Shown: positions 44,565-54,721, counted from the stretch's first letter. The stretch is 64,000 nt of DNA from an uncultured Christensenella sp. (GCA_964383635.1 CAYLIG010000004.1:10814-74813); one strand, 5' to 3'. Notes: generated by a model from the letters alone, not told the origin. A program made the numbers and translations.

Positions 44565-45839
44565 ATGAAGGCGGCGCTGACCACGCTCGGCTGCAAGGTG
44601 AATCATTACGAAACCGAAGCCATGCGCGAACTGTTTGTACAAAGCGGCTGGGAGATCGTGGATTTTTCCGGCATGGCGGACGTCTATGTGGTCAACACCT
44701 GCACCGTGACGCAGACGAGCGACACAAAGTCGCGGCAGATGATCGCCCGGGCACACCGGAACAACCCGGACGCGCTCGTCGTCGCCGTCGGCTGCTATGC
44801 GCAGACCGCGCCGGAGACAGTCGCCGCGCTGGAAGGCGTCGGCCTCGTCATCGGCACCGACGGGCGGAAAGAGATCGTGTCTCGCGTAGGCGACGCGCTC
44901 TTAGCAAGGGCGGGCGAGCCCGTCGTTTCCCCCATCTATGAAATGAGAGAGTTTGAACCGCTCTCCGCCGTGCGCGACTCGCGCACACGCGCCACGCTGA
45001 AGATTCAGGACGGCTGCGTCAACTTCTGCTCCTACTGCATCATCCCCTATGCGCGCGGGCCGCTGCGCTCCCGCCCGCTGGACGAGATCTCCGAAGAGGT
45101 GAGCGCGCTTGCCGCGGAGGGATACAAAGAGATCGTGCTGACCGGCATCCACCTGGCGAGCTACGGACGCGATTTTGCAGAAGAACACCCGACGCTATTG
45201 GACGCAATCGCCCGCGCAAGCGAACCCGACGGCATCCGGCGCATTCGCCTCGGCTCTCTGGAACCGATGTTTGTGTCGGAAGCTGTGGCAAGAACGCTTT
45301 CCGAGCATCCGAAGATCTGCCGCCAGTTCCATCTCTCGCTGCAAAGCGGTTCGGACACGGTCCTTAGCCGCATGAACCGGCGCTACACGGCAAAAGAGTA
45401 TCTTTATGCCGTCGGCCTGCTGCGGCAATACATGCCGGAGTGCGCCGTCACCACGGACGTAATCGCGGGCTTTCCCGGCGAAACGGAAGCGGAGCACCGC
45501 GAGACGCTTGCGTTTTGCGAACAGGCGGCGTTTGCAAGGATGCATGTGTTCCCATTTTCCCTGCGAAAGGGAACGAAAGCGGAATCGCTCGGCGGCCATC
45601 TGCCCAAGGCGCTGAAAGACGCGCGGGCAAGGGAGCTCATCGCGCTCGGCAAGCGCCTGACAAAGCAATTTTTGCATTCGCAGATCGGCAGCGTGGTCGA
45701 GGTTCTGGCGGAAAGCGACGGCGCGGGCTACAGCGGAAATTATATCCGCGTTTTCACCGACGCGCCGGAGGGCGAGATCGTCCGCATCCGGCTGGAAGGA
45801 TTCGACGGCGAGACGGCGTTCGGCACACGTTTGGATTGA
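44565..45839 (+). CDS. mtaB: tRNA (N6-threonylcarbamoyladenosine) methylthiotransferase MtaB (radical SAM, MiaB-like)
   Basis: TLGCKVNHYETE.., VVNTCTVT, radical-SAM CVNFCSYCIIP and a TRAM-like C-terminus. Conserved prmA-rsmE-mtaB order. Confidence 0.88.
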   Translation: MKAALTTLGCKVNHYETEAMRELFVQSGWEIVDFSGMADVYVVNTCTVTQTSDTKSRQMIARAHRNNPDALVVAVGCYAQTAPETVAALEGVGLVIGTDGRKEIVSRVGDALLARAGEPVVSPIYEMREFEPLSAVRDSRTRATLKIQDGCVNFCSYCIIPYARGPLRSRPLDEISEEVSALAAEGYKEIVLTGIHLASYGRDFAEEHPTLLDAIARASEPDGIRRIRLGSLEPMFVSEAVARTLSEHPKICRQFHLSLQSGSDTVLSRMNRRYTAKEYLYAVGLLRQYMPECAVTTDVIAGFPGETEAEHRETLAFCEQAAFARMHVFPFSLRKGTKAESLGGHLPKALKDARARELIALGKRLTKQFLHSQIGSVVEVLAESDGAGYSGNYIRVFTDAPEGEIVRIRLEGFDGETAFGTRLD

Positions 45840-45888
45840 ACTGCCGCGGCCGGTCGGAGTAGAATAGACAAAAGGAGTTGAAAAAAAC

Positions 45889-46233
45889 ATGACTAGCTGC
45901 ATCTTCTGCAAGATCATCGCGGGCGAAATTCCCTCGAAAAAAGTTTATGAGGACGATCAGGTCCTGGCCATTTACGACATTGAGCCGCAGTCTCCTGTTC
46001 ACGTGCTCGTGATCCCAAAAAAGCACATTGCGGGCGTCAATGAAATTACCGCCGGGGATGAAGCCATCATCGGGCATGTATATTCGGTCATTTCAAAGCT
46101 CGTCCTCGAACTCGGCGTGTCCGAGACGGGTTATCGCGTGGTCGTCAACAGCGGGCGGGACGGGCAGCAGAGCGTGCCGCACCTGCATTTTCACGTTCTG
46201 GGCGGCAGGATGCTGGCCTGGCCTCCGGGTTGA
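45889..46233 (+). CDS. HIT-family (histidine triad) nucleotide-binding protein
   Basis: CIFCKII.GEIP and HLHFHVLGG. Confidence 0.9.
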   Translation: MTSCIFCKIIAGEIPSKKVYEDDQVLAIYDIEPQSPVHVLVIPKKHIAGVNEITAGDEAIIGHVYSVISKLVLELGVSETGYRVVVNSGRDGQQSVPHLHFHVLGGRMLAWPPG

Positions 46234-46254
46234 TGATCAGTCGGGCTTGTTTTT

Positions 46255-46282
46255 GAGAAGGATATTGCATCCTTCTCTTTTT
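46255..46282 (+). terminator. Intrinsic terminator
   Basis: GAGAAGGA-TATTGCA-TCCTTCTC followed by TTTTT. Confidence 0.8.
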
Positions 46283-46409
46283 AATTTACTGAATTTTGAA
46301 ATTCTTATGTTAAGATCGCTGTTAGCTGCCTGTCCCCAAAAAAGATTTCGAATGCCGGGGTACAAAATGTGTTACTATACTGGTATCGATACGAGAGGAA
46401 CACTCCCGC

Positions 46410-47318
46410 ATGCCCTTAGCTATAGGTACACGTTTGCTCAAAGCCCAATTGCGACTGGCAAAACCGTTTGCGCGGTTCACCGGCATCGAAGCCGCGCGAA
46501 AGGCGCAAGACCAGCTTGGTCGTATGACGGCAGCCATCCTGAAAACAAAAGTCAATTTTGAACAGGTCGAATTTGACCAGTTCTCCGCATGTTTTGCCAT
46601 ATCCAACGCCTGCGAAGCGCCCTGCGACCGCGCGGTGCTCTATCTGCACGGCGGCGGCTATACTGCCGGCGGACTGGATTACGCAAAAGGATTCGGCGCG
46701 CTTCTTGCAGCGCAGACGCAGCTGACGGTATTCTGTGCGGCATACCGGCTCGCCCCGGAGCATAAATTTCCGGCGGCGCAGGACGACGCGCTCGCCGCCT
46801 ATCAGTTTCTGCTCGACTACGGCTATGCGCCGGAGCATATCGCCATCGCGGGCGAAAGCGCGGGCGGCGGGCTTGCGCTGAGCCTCGGCCTGCGGCTGCG
46901 GGACGAAGGAAAGCCAATGCCGGCGTGCATCGTCGCCATTTCGCCCTGGGCGGATCTCACGCTCTCCGGCTCGTCCTACAGCAACAATGTGCTGCGAGAT
47001 CCTACGCTGATTCGCGAGTCGCTGGCGTATTATGCCATCGCCTACGCCGCGGGACACGAGGCGGACGCCTATGTCTCTCCCATATACGGCGACTTTTCCG
47101 GGTATCCGCCCTGCCTGCTCTTTGCCGGAGGCGATGAAATCCTTCTTTCAGATGCAAAGACCGTTCAAAAGCGGCTCCTAAAGGCCGGTGCGGACAGCGA
47201 ATTGATCGTCGAGGACGGCATGTGGCATGTCTATCCGCTCTACGGTACGCCGGAGAGCAAACGGGCTCTTGAAAAAATGTCCCTGTTTATTCGTAACAGG
47301 TTGAAGCTGGATCTGTAA
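46410..47318 (+). CDS. Alpha/beta hydrolase, family IV (HSL-like) esterase/lipase
   Basis: Oxyanion LHGGGY, nucleophile elbow GESAGG, C-terminal DG/H. Confidence 0.85.
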   Translation: MPLAIGTRLLKAQLRLAKPFARFTGIEAARKAQDQLGRMTAAILKTKVNFEQVEFDQFSACFAISNACEAPCDRAVLYLHGGGYTAGGLDYAKGFGALLAAQTQLTVFCAAYRLAPEHKFPAAQDDALAAYQFLLDYGYAPEHIAIAGESAGGGLALSLGLRLRDEGKPMPACIVAISPWADLTLSGSSYSNNVLRDPTLIRESLAYYAIAYAAGHEADAYVSPIYGDFSGYPPCLLFAGGDEILLSDAKTVQKRLLKAGADSELIVEDGMWHVYPLYGTPESKRALEKMSLFIRNRLKLDL

Positions 47319-47346
47319 GCCGGCGATATCACCAAAGGAACGCATT

Positions 47347-48636
47347 ATGCCAAAACGTAACAACCCCAAAAAATGGATGAAACTCGACAACGCCGCGCTC
47401 ATCTATCCCGCGACGATGAACCGCAGCTGGACGGCGCTCTTTCGCCTCTCCGCAACGCTGACGGAGCCCGTCGACGAAGACATTCTGGAAGTCGCGCAAA
47501 AGCGAACGCTGCGCCGACTGCCCTGGTTTGCTTACAAGCTCAAGCGCGGGCTATTTTGGTTTTATTTGGAACACAGCGACGACCTGCCTCATATTGAGGA
47601 GGACGTCGCCAACCCCTGCGTACGGATGCGCCTGAATGAAAACGACGGCTTTTGCATGCGGGTTCGATATTATCAAAACCGCATCGCCGTAGAGTTTTTT
47701 CATGTGCTGACGGACGGAACCGGCGGCCAGGTCTTCCTCCAAACGCTTGTCGCCGAATATCTCCGCCTGAAGTACGGCGTAAATATCCCGCGAAGCGAGA
47801 AGATACTCGACTGCGCCGAGCCGTCCCGCCCCGAGGAGGCCGAGGACAGCTTTGCCGCACATTCCGGAAAGATCACGCAATCCCGCAAGGAGGTCAAGGC
47901 CTATCATATCAAAGGCACCGACGAGCGCAGCGGATTTGTGCACATCATCACCGGCTCCATGAACGCCGCGGACGTGCTGGCAAAGGCGCGCGAAAAAGGC
48001 GTCAGCGTCACGGAATATCTCACGGCGGCGCTGATCCTCTCCGTGGATGCCATCCAGCGGCGGCATGTTCCGAGCATTCATAAATACAAACCGGTCAAGC
48101 TGTCCGTTCCGATCAACCTTCGAAACGTGTTTCCGAGTAAAACGCTCCGCAACTTCGCCAATTACGTCAATCCGGGTATCGATCCGCGGCTTGGCGAATA
48201 TACGTTTGACGAAACGCTGAACATCGTGCATCACTTCATGGCCATGGAAGTTACGAAGAAGCTGCTCAACGTCAAAATCACGACCAACGTCCGCTCCGAG
48301 CGCAACGCCGTGCTTCGGTTGACGCCGCTCTTTATCAAAAATATGGCGCTCAAATATGTCTACTCGCAGGTGGGCGACGCGCTCTCCTCCACAACGCTGA
48401 GTAATCTCGGCGTGGCAAAGCTGCCCGAGGAGATGGCGCAGTATGTCCGCCGTATGGACTTTATCCTCGGCCCGCTGGCGGATAACCGCGTTTGCTCCGC
48501 CGCGCTGACCTACAACGGCAGGCTGCGCGTCAACTTTACGCGCACCATAGCCGAACCGGTGCTGGAGCGCGAGTTTTTCACGCGCCTTGTCAAGCTCGGC
48601 ATCCCTGTCAAGGTGGAAAGCAACCAGCAGAGCTGA
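47347..48636 (+). CDS. HxxxD acyltransferase of the condensation / WS-DGAT / PapA5-like superfamily
   Basis: 429 aa with HVLTDGTG (HxxxDG) about 135 aa from the N-terminus, in a two-lobed protein of typical size. Confidence 0.6.
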   Translation: MPKRNNPKKWMKLDNAALIYPATMNRSWTALFRLSATLTEPVDEDILEVAQKRTLRRLPWFAYKLKRGLFWFYLEHSDDLPHIEEDVANPCVRMRLNENDGFCMRVRYYQNRIAVEFFHVLTDGTGGQVFLQTLVAEYLRLKYGVNIPRSEKILDCAEPSRPEEAEDSFAAHSGKITQSRKEVKAYHIKGTDERSGFVHIITGSMNAADVLAKAREKGVSVTEYLTAALILSVDAIQRRHVPSIHKYKPVKLSVPINLRNVFPSKTLRNFANYVNPGIDPRLGEYTFDETLNIVHHFMAMEVTKKLLNVKITTNVRSERNAVLRLTPLFIKNMALKYVYSQVGDALSSTTLSNLGVAKLPEEMAQYVRRMDFILGPLADNRVCSAALTYNGRLRVNFTRTIAEPVLEREFFTRLVKLGIPVKVESNQQS

Positions 48637-48699
48637 GGTTTGGTTTCTCCGCCGCGCCAGAATGCATTGTTCGTACGATATCCGGAGGTACAGATTATT

Positions 48700-49410
48700 A
48701 TGAGTTACTGTGTCAATTGCGGCGTAGAGCTGCAAAAAAGCGAACCCCGCTGTCCGCTCTGCGGCACGGAGGTGATCAACCCCAACGAAATTGTGGAAGA
48801 AAAGCCCATGCGCCCATATCCCAGCCATGTGGAGCATCTCGACCGGACCGTGGACCGGCGCTATATCGCGTCGTTCATTTCGCTTCTGCTGCTGATTCCG
48901 CTGTTTACAACGATGCTTGCCAACATCCTGGTATCCGGCGGGCTGACGTGGAGTTATCTCGTGCTGGGCGGGGAACTGGTGCTCTTTACGGTGTTTTTGC
49001 TGCCCATGATTGCGCGCATGCCCAGGGTGCTGTATGCCACAATCGACGCGGTCGCCGTAGGCGTGCTGCTGCTGCTCATCCGCGTGCTCACGCAGAGCGA
49101 CTGGCGCTGGCTCTTGCTGCTGGGGCTGCCGATTACGGGGCTGACCGCGGTGATGTGCTGGTTTTTCAGCCTGATGGCCGCGCCGAAGTGCCGCCTGCCG
49201 GTGCTTTTGCGCTTCACCTTTGCGCTCACCTGCGTCGGGCTTTTGGTCGTCGCAATCGATTTTTTCATCCGGCTGTATCAGCACGATATCTTCTGGCCGA
49301 CATGGTCGCTGTATGTGCTCTTTCCCTGCCTCGTTCTTGCCTCTTCGCTGCTGCTGCTCAACCGCAGGGAAAAGGTGAAGGAAGAAATTCGAAAACGGTT
49401 TTATTTTTAA
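48700..49410 (+). CDS. Zinc-ribbon + multi-TM membrane protein (DUF6320-like)
   Basis: Start at MSYCVNCGVELQKSEPRCPLCG (CxxC..CxxC), followed by 5-6 TM helices. Confidence 0.6.
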   Translation: MSYCVNCGVELQKSEPRCPLCGTEVINPNEIVEEKPMRPYPSHVEHLDRTVDRRYIASFISLLLLIPLFTTMLANILVSGGLTWSYLVLGGELVLFTVFLLPMIARMPRVLYATIDAVAVGVLLLLIRVLTQSDWRWLLLLGLPITGLTAVMCWFFSLMAAPKCRLPVLLRFTFALTCVGLLVVAIDFFIRLYQHDIFWPTWSLYVLFPCLVLASSLLLLNRREKVKEEIRKRFYF

Positions 49411-49447
49411 ACCAACCGAATGAACTCTTGCTTTCATTAAAACAAAA

Positions 49448-49480
49448 CAGAACCGCCGAATTTTCGGCGGTTCTTGTTTG
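49448..49480. terminator. Bidirectional terminator
   Basis: GAACCGCCG-AATTTT-CGGCGGTTC with T-rich (plus strand) and A-rich (upstream) flanks. Confidence 0.8.
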
Positions 49481-49497
49481 TGTGGCATGAGAATTGG

Positions 49498-50424
49498 TTA
49501 TTCTTTTTCTTCTGGTTGATCTTCTTTAGGTTGGTCTTCGGGCTGTGCCGCTGGTTCTTCCGGCTTTGTGTCCGCTTCGGCCGCGGGGGTCGTTTCCTCT
49601 GCCGCGCCGTCGCTCTTTTTCTGTTTCTTCTTCGGTTCTTCCTCCACCGGCATCGGCAGATCGAGCACCGTTTTCTTCAGCACGCCGAGCTTGATCAAGA
49701 CGAGCAACGCGACGCCGCCGAGCACGACGAATATGCTGATAAACTGGCTTGTGGACAGCGCGCCGACAAACCCGCGTTCATCGTTTCGGAAGAATTCAAT
49801 CGTAAATCTCCACACGCCGTAGAGCACCATGTACCAGGCCGTCACGGTGCCGAACGGTTTTTTCTTTTTCAGGATCAGCACCAGCGCGATGCAGAGAATG
49901 AAGAGAAACGCGCTCTCCATCAGCTGCGTCGGCAACAGCGCGACGCCTGCCGGAGCCAGACCGCCCGCGGGAAATGTAATGGAGATCGGCGTTTCGCAGG
50001 CGACACCATAGCAGCAGCCCGCAAAGAAGCACCCGATGCGTCCAAACGCATGTCCGAGCACAAGCCCGGGGATAAAATAATCCGTCAGCGAGAAAAACGG
50101 CAGTTTTTTTCTCGAGGCATAGATGGCAACGCCGGCCAGTCCACCGATGAGCGCGCCGTAAAAGACGAACCCCTCGCGCAGCGTGTGCAGCAGATAGCTC
50201 GGATTGGCGACGATCTGTTTCAGCTCCGTGACCCAATAGAGCACTTTCGCGCCGAGAAATCCGAGCAAAATGGCCCAAAGCGCGGCGGAGAGCGCCTGAT
50301 CTTCAGAAAAACGGGTGTGCTTTCGCGTCACGCCAATCAGAATAAACGCCGCGAGCATACCGCAAGCGGACATGACGCCATACATGGGAATGGTCAGCCC
50401 AAAGGCCTGAAAAGATGGTAACAT
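49498..50424 (-). CDS. lgt: Prolipoprotein diacylglyceryl transferase with acidic/Pro-rich C-terminal extension
   Basis: ..GLIGGLAGV.., HAFGRIGCFFAGCCYG. The tail is PVEEEPKKKQKKSDGAAEETTPAAEADTKPEEPAAQPEDQPKEDQPEEKE. Confidence 0.9.
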   Translation of the reverse strand: MLPSFQAFGLTIPMYGVMSACGMLAAFILIGVTRKHTRFSEDQALSAALWAILLGFLGAKVLYWVTELKQIVANPSYLLHTLREGFVFYGALIGGLAGVAIYASRKKLPFFSLTDYFIPGLVLGHAFGRIGCFFAGCCYGVACETPISITFPAGGLAPAGVALLPTQLMESAFLFILCIALVLILKKKKPFGTVTAWYMVLYGVWRFTIEFFRNDERGFVGALSTSQFISIFVVLGGVALLVLIKLGVLKKTVLDLPMPVEEEPKKKQKKSDGAAEETTPAAEADTKPEEPAAQPEDQPKEDQPEEKE

Positions 50425-50497
50425 AGTGCTCCTTTAACATGCGGTTTTTGGTTGTAATCGCACAAAGAGCGAGAGCTCCCGCTCTTTGTGCGCGTTT

Positions 50498-50839
50498 TTA
50501 CATAATTTCTGGCAAGATAATGTACTTCCAGATGCCCGCGGCGGCGGCCATTCCGGCCGCGATGACGGCGATTGTGATGAGCAGCGTGATGACGCCCGCA
50601 ACAAGGCCGACAATGCTCGTCACATAGCCCGCCGTGTTCATGTTGTTTTCCTTAAAGCCATGCGCCTCGGCAAACTTGCGGTTCGAGCGGCTTGTGATGA
50701 GTCCGATAATGGCCAGAACCAGCCCGGCAACCGGAAACCAGGTGACGACCAGGCTCACGATGCCAAGCACCATTGCGGTCACCGAGGATTTGTTGTGGGA
50801 CTGTTCTTCCGGGGTTAACGGTGCCGAATACTGTTCCAT
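50498..50839 (-). CDS. Small DUF4190-like membrane protein
   Basis: Start at MEQYS (AGGAGG RBS). Two TM pairs (AMVLGIVSLVVTWFPVAGLVLAIIGLI; GYVTSIVGLVAGVITLLITIAVIAAG). Confidence 0.6.
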   Translation of the reverse strand: MEQYSAPLTPEEQSHNKSSVTAMVLGIVSLVVTWFPVAGLVLAIIGLITSRSNRKFAEAHGFKENNMNTAGYVTSIVGLVAGVITLLITIAVIAAGMAAAAGIWKYIILPEIM

Positions 50840-50962
50840 AGCTGCGCCTCCTGTCATAAAATTAGATGGATGTTCCGAAAGGAAAGATTCTATTTCGTGT
50901 GCTTTCAAGCGAATAAAATTGTATCACGATTTTATAGCGCCGTAAAGCAACACAACCGTCAA

Positions 50963-52084
50963 TTAGCGCTGTTTACCGTGGGTTGAACGGACGATACCAT
51001 AGGCCAGAACATCTTGAAACGCCTGCCTTTTATGTTGCAGCAGGCAGCGCAGGTCTTCGTCATTCTCCAGCTTGATCTGAAACCGATCCAGCAGGGCGAG
51101 CGTATCGGGACAAAGCGGAATCTCAAACTCACGTTCGAATTTCGTGTAAAACATGATCCCGAGGTGCACGCGGCGAGACCGTCCGGAGGTCGACAGCTCA
51201 GCCAGCAGATTCGGGTAACGGAAAAAATCATCGCCGACGCTCATACCGGTTTCGTCAAACCTCATCTCCGCGCCGTCCGTAAGAAAAACGTAAGCATCTT
51301 TCCTGTTTTCCGGTGCAATGGAAAGATCGTATCGCGCCATCTCGAGCGCAATTTCTTTCTTTCTGACATACGGCACGCTGGCAAGCAGCAGGACCGTAAC
51401 CAGCGCAAACAAAACGACCAGCGCGATCGCCGCCGGTTCAAACCGCGCCGGGTCGATCGACATCAACACGCCCATCCCGCCCATCAGCAGGATGATCGCG
51501 AGGATATACGCGGGCAAAACGAGATAATCCATGGCAAACCGGATTCGGTTCATCTCTTGCTTCTCCTGCGCAATCTTTTCGCGGAACGTCTCCTTGTTTG
51601 CCGGCGCGGATTCAACCGCGTCTTTGAGCAGCGTATGGTCGACCAGGAAATTTTGCAGCGCGTCGTCAAAGAGCGCTTTGTCGAATTTCCCGTTCAACGC
51701 ATGCGCGTAATACGTCGTCATGTGATACATGGAATACCACGGCTCGCGTTCCCATTTTCCAGTTTGTTCGGCGGCCAGCCGCATCGCTTTCACGACCGCC
51801 TCCTGCGTCATCCGCCCGTCGTCCAGAGCTAGCCGCAGCGTTTCCGTAAACAGCGCCAGCACGGCGTCGGTGTCGATTTTTTTGTCCCGCGTCGCTTGCG
51901 CCAAAATGGAGATCGCCGGATCGGGATTCCCTCTGTCCGCCTCGCTTTTGCACTCAAACAACTCCAGCAAAACACCTGAGAGGGATTGCTCCGTATAAAA
52001 AAGCTGCGCCGTTTGCCGAGCATATTCGTCCGTCATGCCGGTTTGCAGCAGGAGCTTGAAATACAGCGCTGTTTCGTTCGTCAT
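50963..52084 (-). CDS. Uncharacterised membrane protein (helical N-domain, 2 TM, small C-domain)
   Basis: Start at MTNETALYF (GGAGGA RBS). I recognise no family. Confidence 0.5.
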   Translation of the reverse strand: MTNETALYFKLLLQTGMTDEYARQTAQLFYTEQSLSGVLLELFECKSEADRGNPDPAISILAQATRDKKIDTDAVLALFTETLRLALDDGRMTQEAVVKAMRLAAEQTGKWEREPWYSMYHMTTYYAHALNGKFDKALFDDALQNFLVDHTLLKDAVESAPANKETFREKIAQEKQEMNRIRFAMDYLVLPAYILAIILLMGGMGVLMSIDPARFEPAAIALVVLFALVTVLLLASVPYVRKKEIALEMARYDLSIAPENRKDAYVFLTDGAEMRFDETGMSVGDDFFRYPNLLAELSTSGRSRRVHLGIMFYTKFEREFEIPLCPDTLALLDRFQIKLENDEDLRCLLQHKRQAFQDVLAYGIVRSTHGKQR

Positions 52085-52295
52085 TGTTCCTCCACTGATC
52101 AACTTTGGGTTGAGAATAAACGGATTCCAGCTGACTATACCGCAGCGCCTGTCTTGATGCAACGCATTTTTTACGAACGCCGTTTGATCGACTTGAGCCG
52201 TTCAAATTCGACGCCGTCACCGCCCCCGTTCATTGACAAACCACCTTAAAGAGGATATCCTACATATTTAGGATAGTTTCGGAGGACAATGTTTC

Positions 52296-54704
52296 ATGCA
52301 GGAACGCTACGACCCACAGGCCATTGAAGAAAAGTGGCAGAAAATCTGGGCGGACACCCATTGCTTCGAGGCAAAAACAGACCCCTCGAAGACAAAATAC
52401 TACCCCATGATTGAGTTTCCCTACCCTTCCGGGCAGGGGCTTCACGTCGGCCATCCGCGCCCGTTTACGGCGATGGACGTCATCGCGCGCAAACGCCGCA
52501 TGGAGGGCTACAACGTGCTGTATCCCATCGGCTACGACGCGTTCGGCCTGCCGACGGAAAACTACGCCATCAAGACCGGCATCCATCCGGCAAAGGTGAC
52601 GCACGACAACATCATCCGCTTTCGCAATCAGCTCCAGCGGCTCGGTTATTCGTTCGATTATTCGCGCGAGGTCAACACATCCGACCCGAGTTATTATAAA
52701 TGGACGCAGTGGATCTTCCTCAAGTTCTATGAAAAGGGCCTTGCCTACAAGGCGGAGATTCCGATCAACTTCTGCACCAGCTGCAAGGTCGGCCTTGCCA
52801 ACGAAGAGGTTGTGGACGGCGTGTGCGAGCGCTGCGGCGGCGAAGTCGTGCGCATGGTGCGCTCCCAGTGGATGCTCAAGATCACGGCGTACGCCCAGCG
52901 GCTGATCGACGATCTCGACACCGTGGACTATCTCGAAAAGATCAAAGCGCAGCAGATCAACTGGATCGGCCGCAGCGAGGGCGCGCTTGTCAACTTCCCG
53001 CTGGCGGGATTGAACGAGACGCTCACGGTTTTCACGACGCGCCCGGATACGCTGTTCGGCGCGACGTATATGGTCGTCTCACCCGAGCATCCGCTGATCG
53101 AGCAGTATGCCGCGCGGATTTCAAACATCGACGCCGTGCGCGCCTATCAAAAAGCGGCCGCGGCAAAGAGTGACTTTGAGCGCAGCGAGCTGGTCAAGGA
53201 CAAAACCGGCGTGCCGCTGGAGGGTATCTTCGCCGTCAACCCCGTCAACGGGGAAGAGATTCCGGTGTGGACGTCCGACTATGTGCTCATGGGTTACGGC
53301 ACGGGCGCGATCATGGCCGTTCCCGCGCATGACGAACGCGACTACGCCTTTGCAAAGACGTTTGACCTGCCGATCATCGAGGTCGTCTCCGGCGGGGACA
53401 TCGAAACCGAAGCATACACCGAGTGTTCGCACGGCATCATGGTCAACTCCGGCTTTCTCAACGGCATGGAGGTATCCGAAGCGATTCCCGCGATCATCGA
53501 CTATCTCGTAAAAGAAGGCATTGGCGAGCGCAAGGTAAACTTCAAACTGCGCGACTGGGTCTTCTCCCGCCAGCGCTACTGGGGCGAGCCCATCCCGCTG
53601 GTCTACTGCGAAACCTGCGGCTGGGTGCCGATTCCCTACGATCAACTCCCGCTTGAATTGCCGATGCTGGACGATTTTTCGCCCACGGACGACGGCAGCA
53701 GCTGCCTGGCGCGCGCCAAGGACTGGCTCCACACCACCTGCCCCAAATGCGGCGGCCCCGCGACGCGCGAAGCGGACACCATGCCCAACTGGGCGGGTTC
53801 GAGCTGGTATTTTTTACGCTATACGGACGCGCACAACGACAAGGAGTTCGCAAGCCGCGAAGCGCTGGATTACTGGACGCCGATCGACTGGTATAACGGC
53901 GGGATGGAGCACACCACGCTGCATCTTCTCTATTCCCGCTTCTGGCATAAGTTTCTCTTCGATCTCGGGCTGGTGCCGACGAGCGAACCGTATATGAAGC
54001 GCACCAGCCACGGCATGGTGCTCGGCAGCAACGGCGAAAAAATGAGCAAATCCCGTGGAAACGTGGTCAATCCGGACGACTATATCCCCGTGTACGGCGC
54101 GGACAGCTTCCGCACCTACATCATGTTCATGGGCGCGTTTGACCAGCCGATCCCCTGGAACGAGCAGGGGACGCGCGGCTGCCGCCGCTTCCTGGACCGC
54201 GTCTGGACGCTGCAGGATATGTTGGACGGCACAGGCGACACCGACGCGGAGATGAAAAAGAAAGTCCACGCGACCATCAAAAAGGTCGGCGAGGACTACG
54301 AGCGCATGAAGTTCAACACCGCCATCGCCGCCATGATGGCGCTGACCAACGACTTCTACGCCAAAGGCAAGCTGACAAAGGACGAGCTGCACACGCTGGT
54401 GTTGCTGCTCGCGCCCGTTGCGCCGCATATCTGCGAAGAAATCAACGAGACGCTCGGATATGCGCCGCTGCAGCACGCTTCCTGGCCGGTCTATGAAGAA
54501 AGCGCGCTGGTCGAGGACAAGGTGGAATACGGCGTGCAGGTCAACGGCAAGGTGCGCGGACGCGTCACGCTGCCCGCCTCGCTGGACACAAAGTCCGTCG
54601 AAGCTGCGGCGCTTGCGTGCGAGGATGTCCTGCCCTATCTCGAAGGCAAAACTGTTCGTAAGATCATCGTGGTGCGAAACATCGTCAACATCGTCGTCGG
54701 GTAA
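52296..54704 (+). CDS. leuS: Leucine--tRNA ligase
   Basis: 802 aa. YPSGQGLHVGH (HIGH), KMSKS and a zinc-binding CxxC pair. Confidence 0.97.
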   Translation: MQERYDPQAIEEKWQKIWADTHCFEAKTDPSKTKYYPMIEFPYPSGQGLHVGHPRPFTAMDVIARKRRMEGYNVLYPIGYDAFGLPTENYAIKTGIHPAKVTHDNIIRFRNQLQRLGYSFDYSREVNTSDPSYYKWTQWIFLKFYEKGLAYKAEIPINFCTSCKVGLANEEVVDGVCERCGGEVVRMVRSQWMLKITAYAQRLIDDLDTVDYLEKIKAQQINWIGRSEGALVNFPLAGLNETLTVFTTRPDTLFGATYMVVSPEHPLIEQYAARISNIDAVRAYQKAAAAKSDFERSELVKDKTGVPLEGIFAVNPVNGEEIPVWTSDYVLMGYGTGAIMAVPAHDERDYAFAKTFDLPIIEVVSGGDIETEAYTECSHGIMVNSGFLNGMEVSEAIPAIIDYLVKEGIGERKVNFKLRDWVFSRQRYWGEPIPLVYCETCGWVPIPYDQLPLELPMLDDFSPTDDGSSCLARAKDWLHTTCPKCGGPATREADTMPNWAGSSWYFLRYTDAHNDKEFASREALDYWTPIDWYNGGMEHTTLHLLYSRFWHKFLFDLGLVPTSEPYMKRTSHGMVLGSNGEKMSKSRGNVVNPDDYIPVYGADSFRTYIMFMGAFDQPIPWNEQGTRGCRRFLDRVWTLQDMLDGTGDTDAEMKKKVHATIKKVGEDYERMKFNTAIAAMMALTNDFYAKGKLTKDELHTLVLLLAPVAPHICEEINETLGYAPLQHASWPVYEESALVEDKVEYGVQVNGKVRGRVTLPASLDTKSVEAAALACEDVLPYLEGKTVRKIIVVRNIVNIVVG

Positions 54705-54721
54705 TCCCGGCAATACGGCAC

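Noticed and set aside
47551-49488. A 645-aa minus-strand ORF. Similar long antisense ORFs occur at 18032-19285, 31666-32850, 37737-39194, 42688-44007 and 59959-60924.
   Set aside because: All lie antisense to genes with strong family signatures. They have Arg/Pro/Gly-dominated composition and span gene boundaries of the real strand.
50459-50497. The hairpin GCACAAAGAGCG-AGAGCTCC-CGCTCTTTGTGC, as a terminator for the DUF4190 gene.
   Set aside because: The stem is strong, but the T-run is on the plus strand only while both neighbouring genes are on the minus strand. Its function is unclear, so it is not listed as a feature.
52163-52295. A T-box leader upstream of leuS.
   Set aside because: The spacer is only about 130 nt. 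I found no specifier loop, no T-box sequence (AGGGUGGNACCGCG-like) and no terminator.
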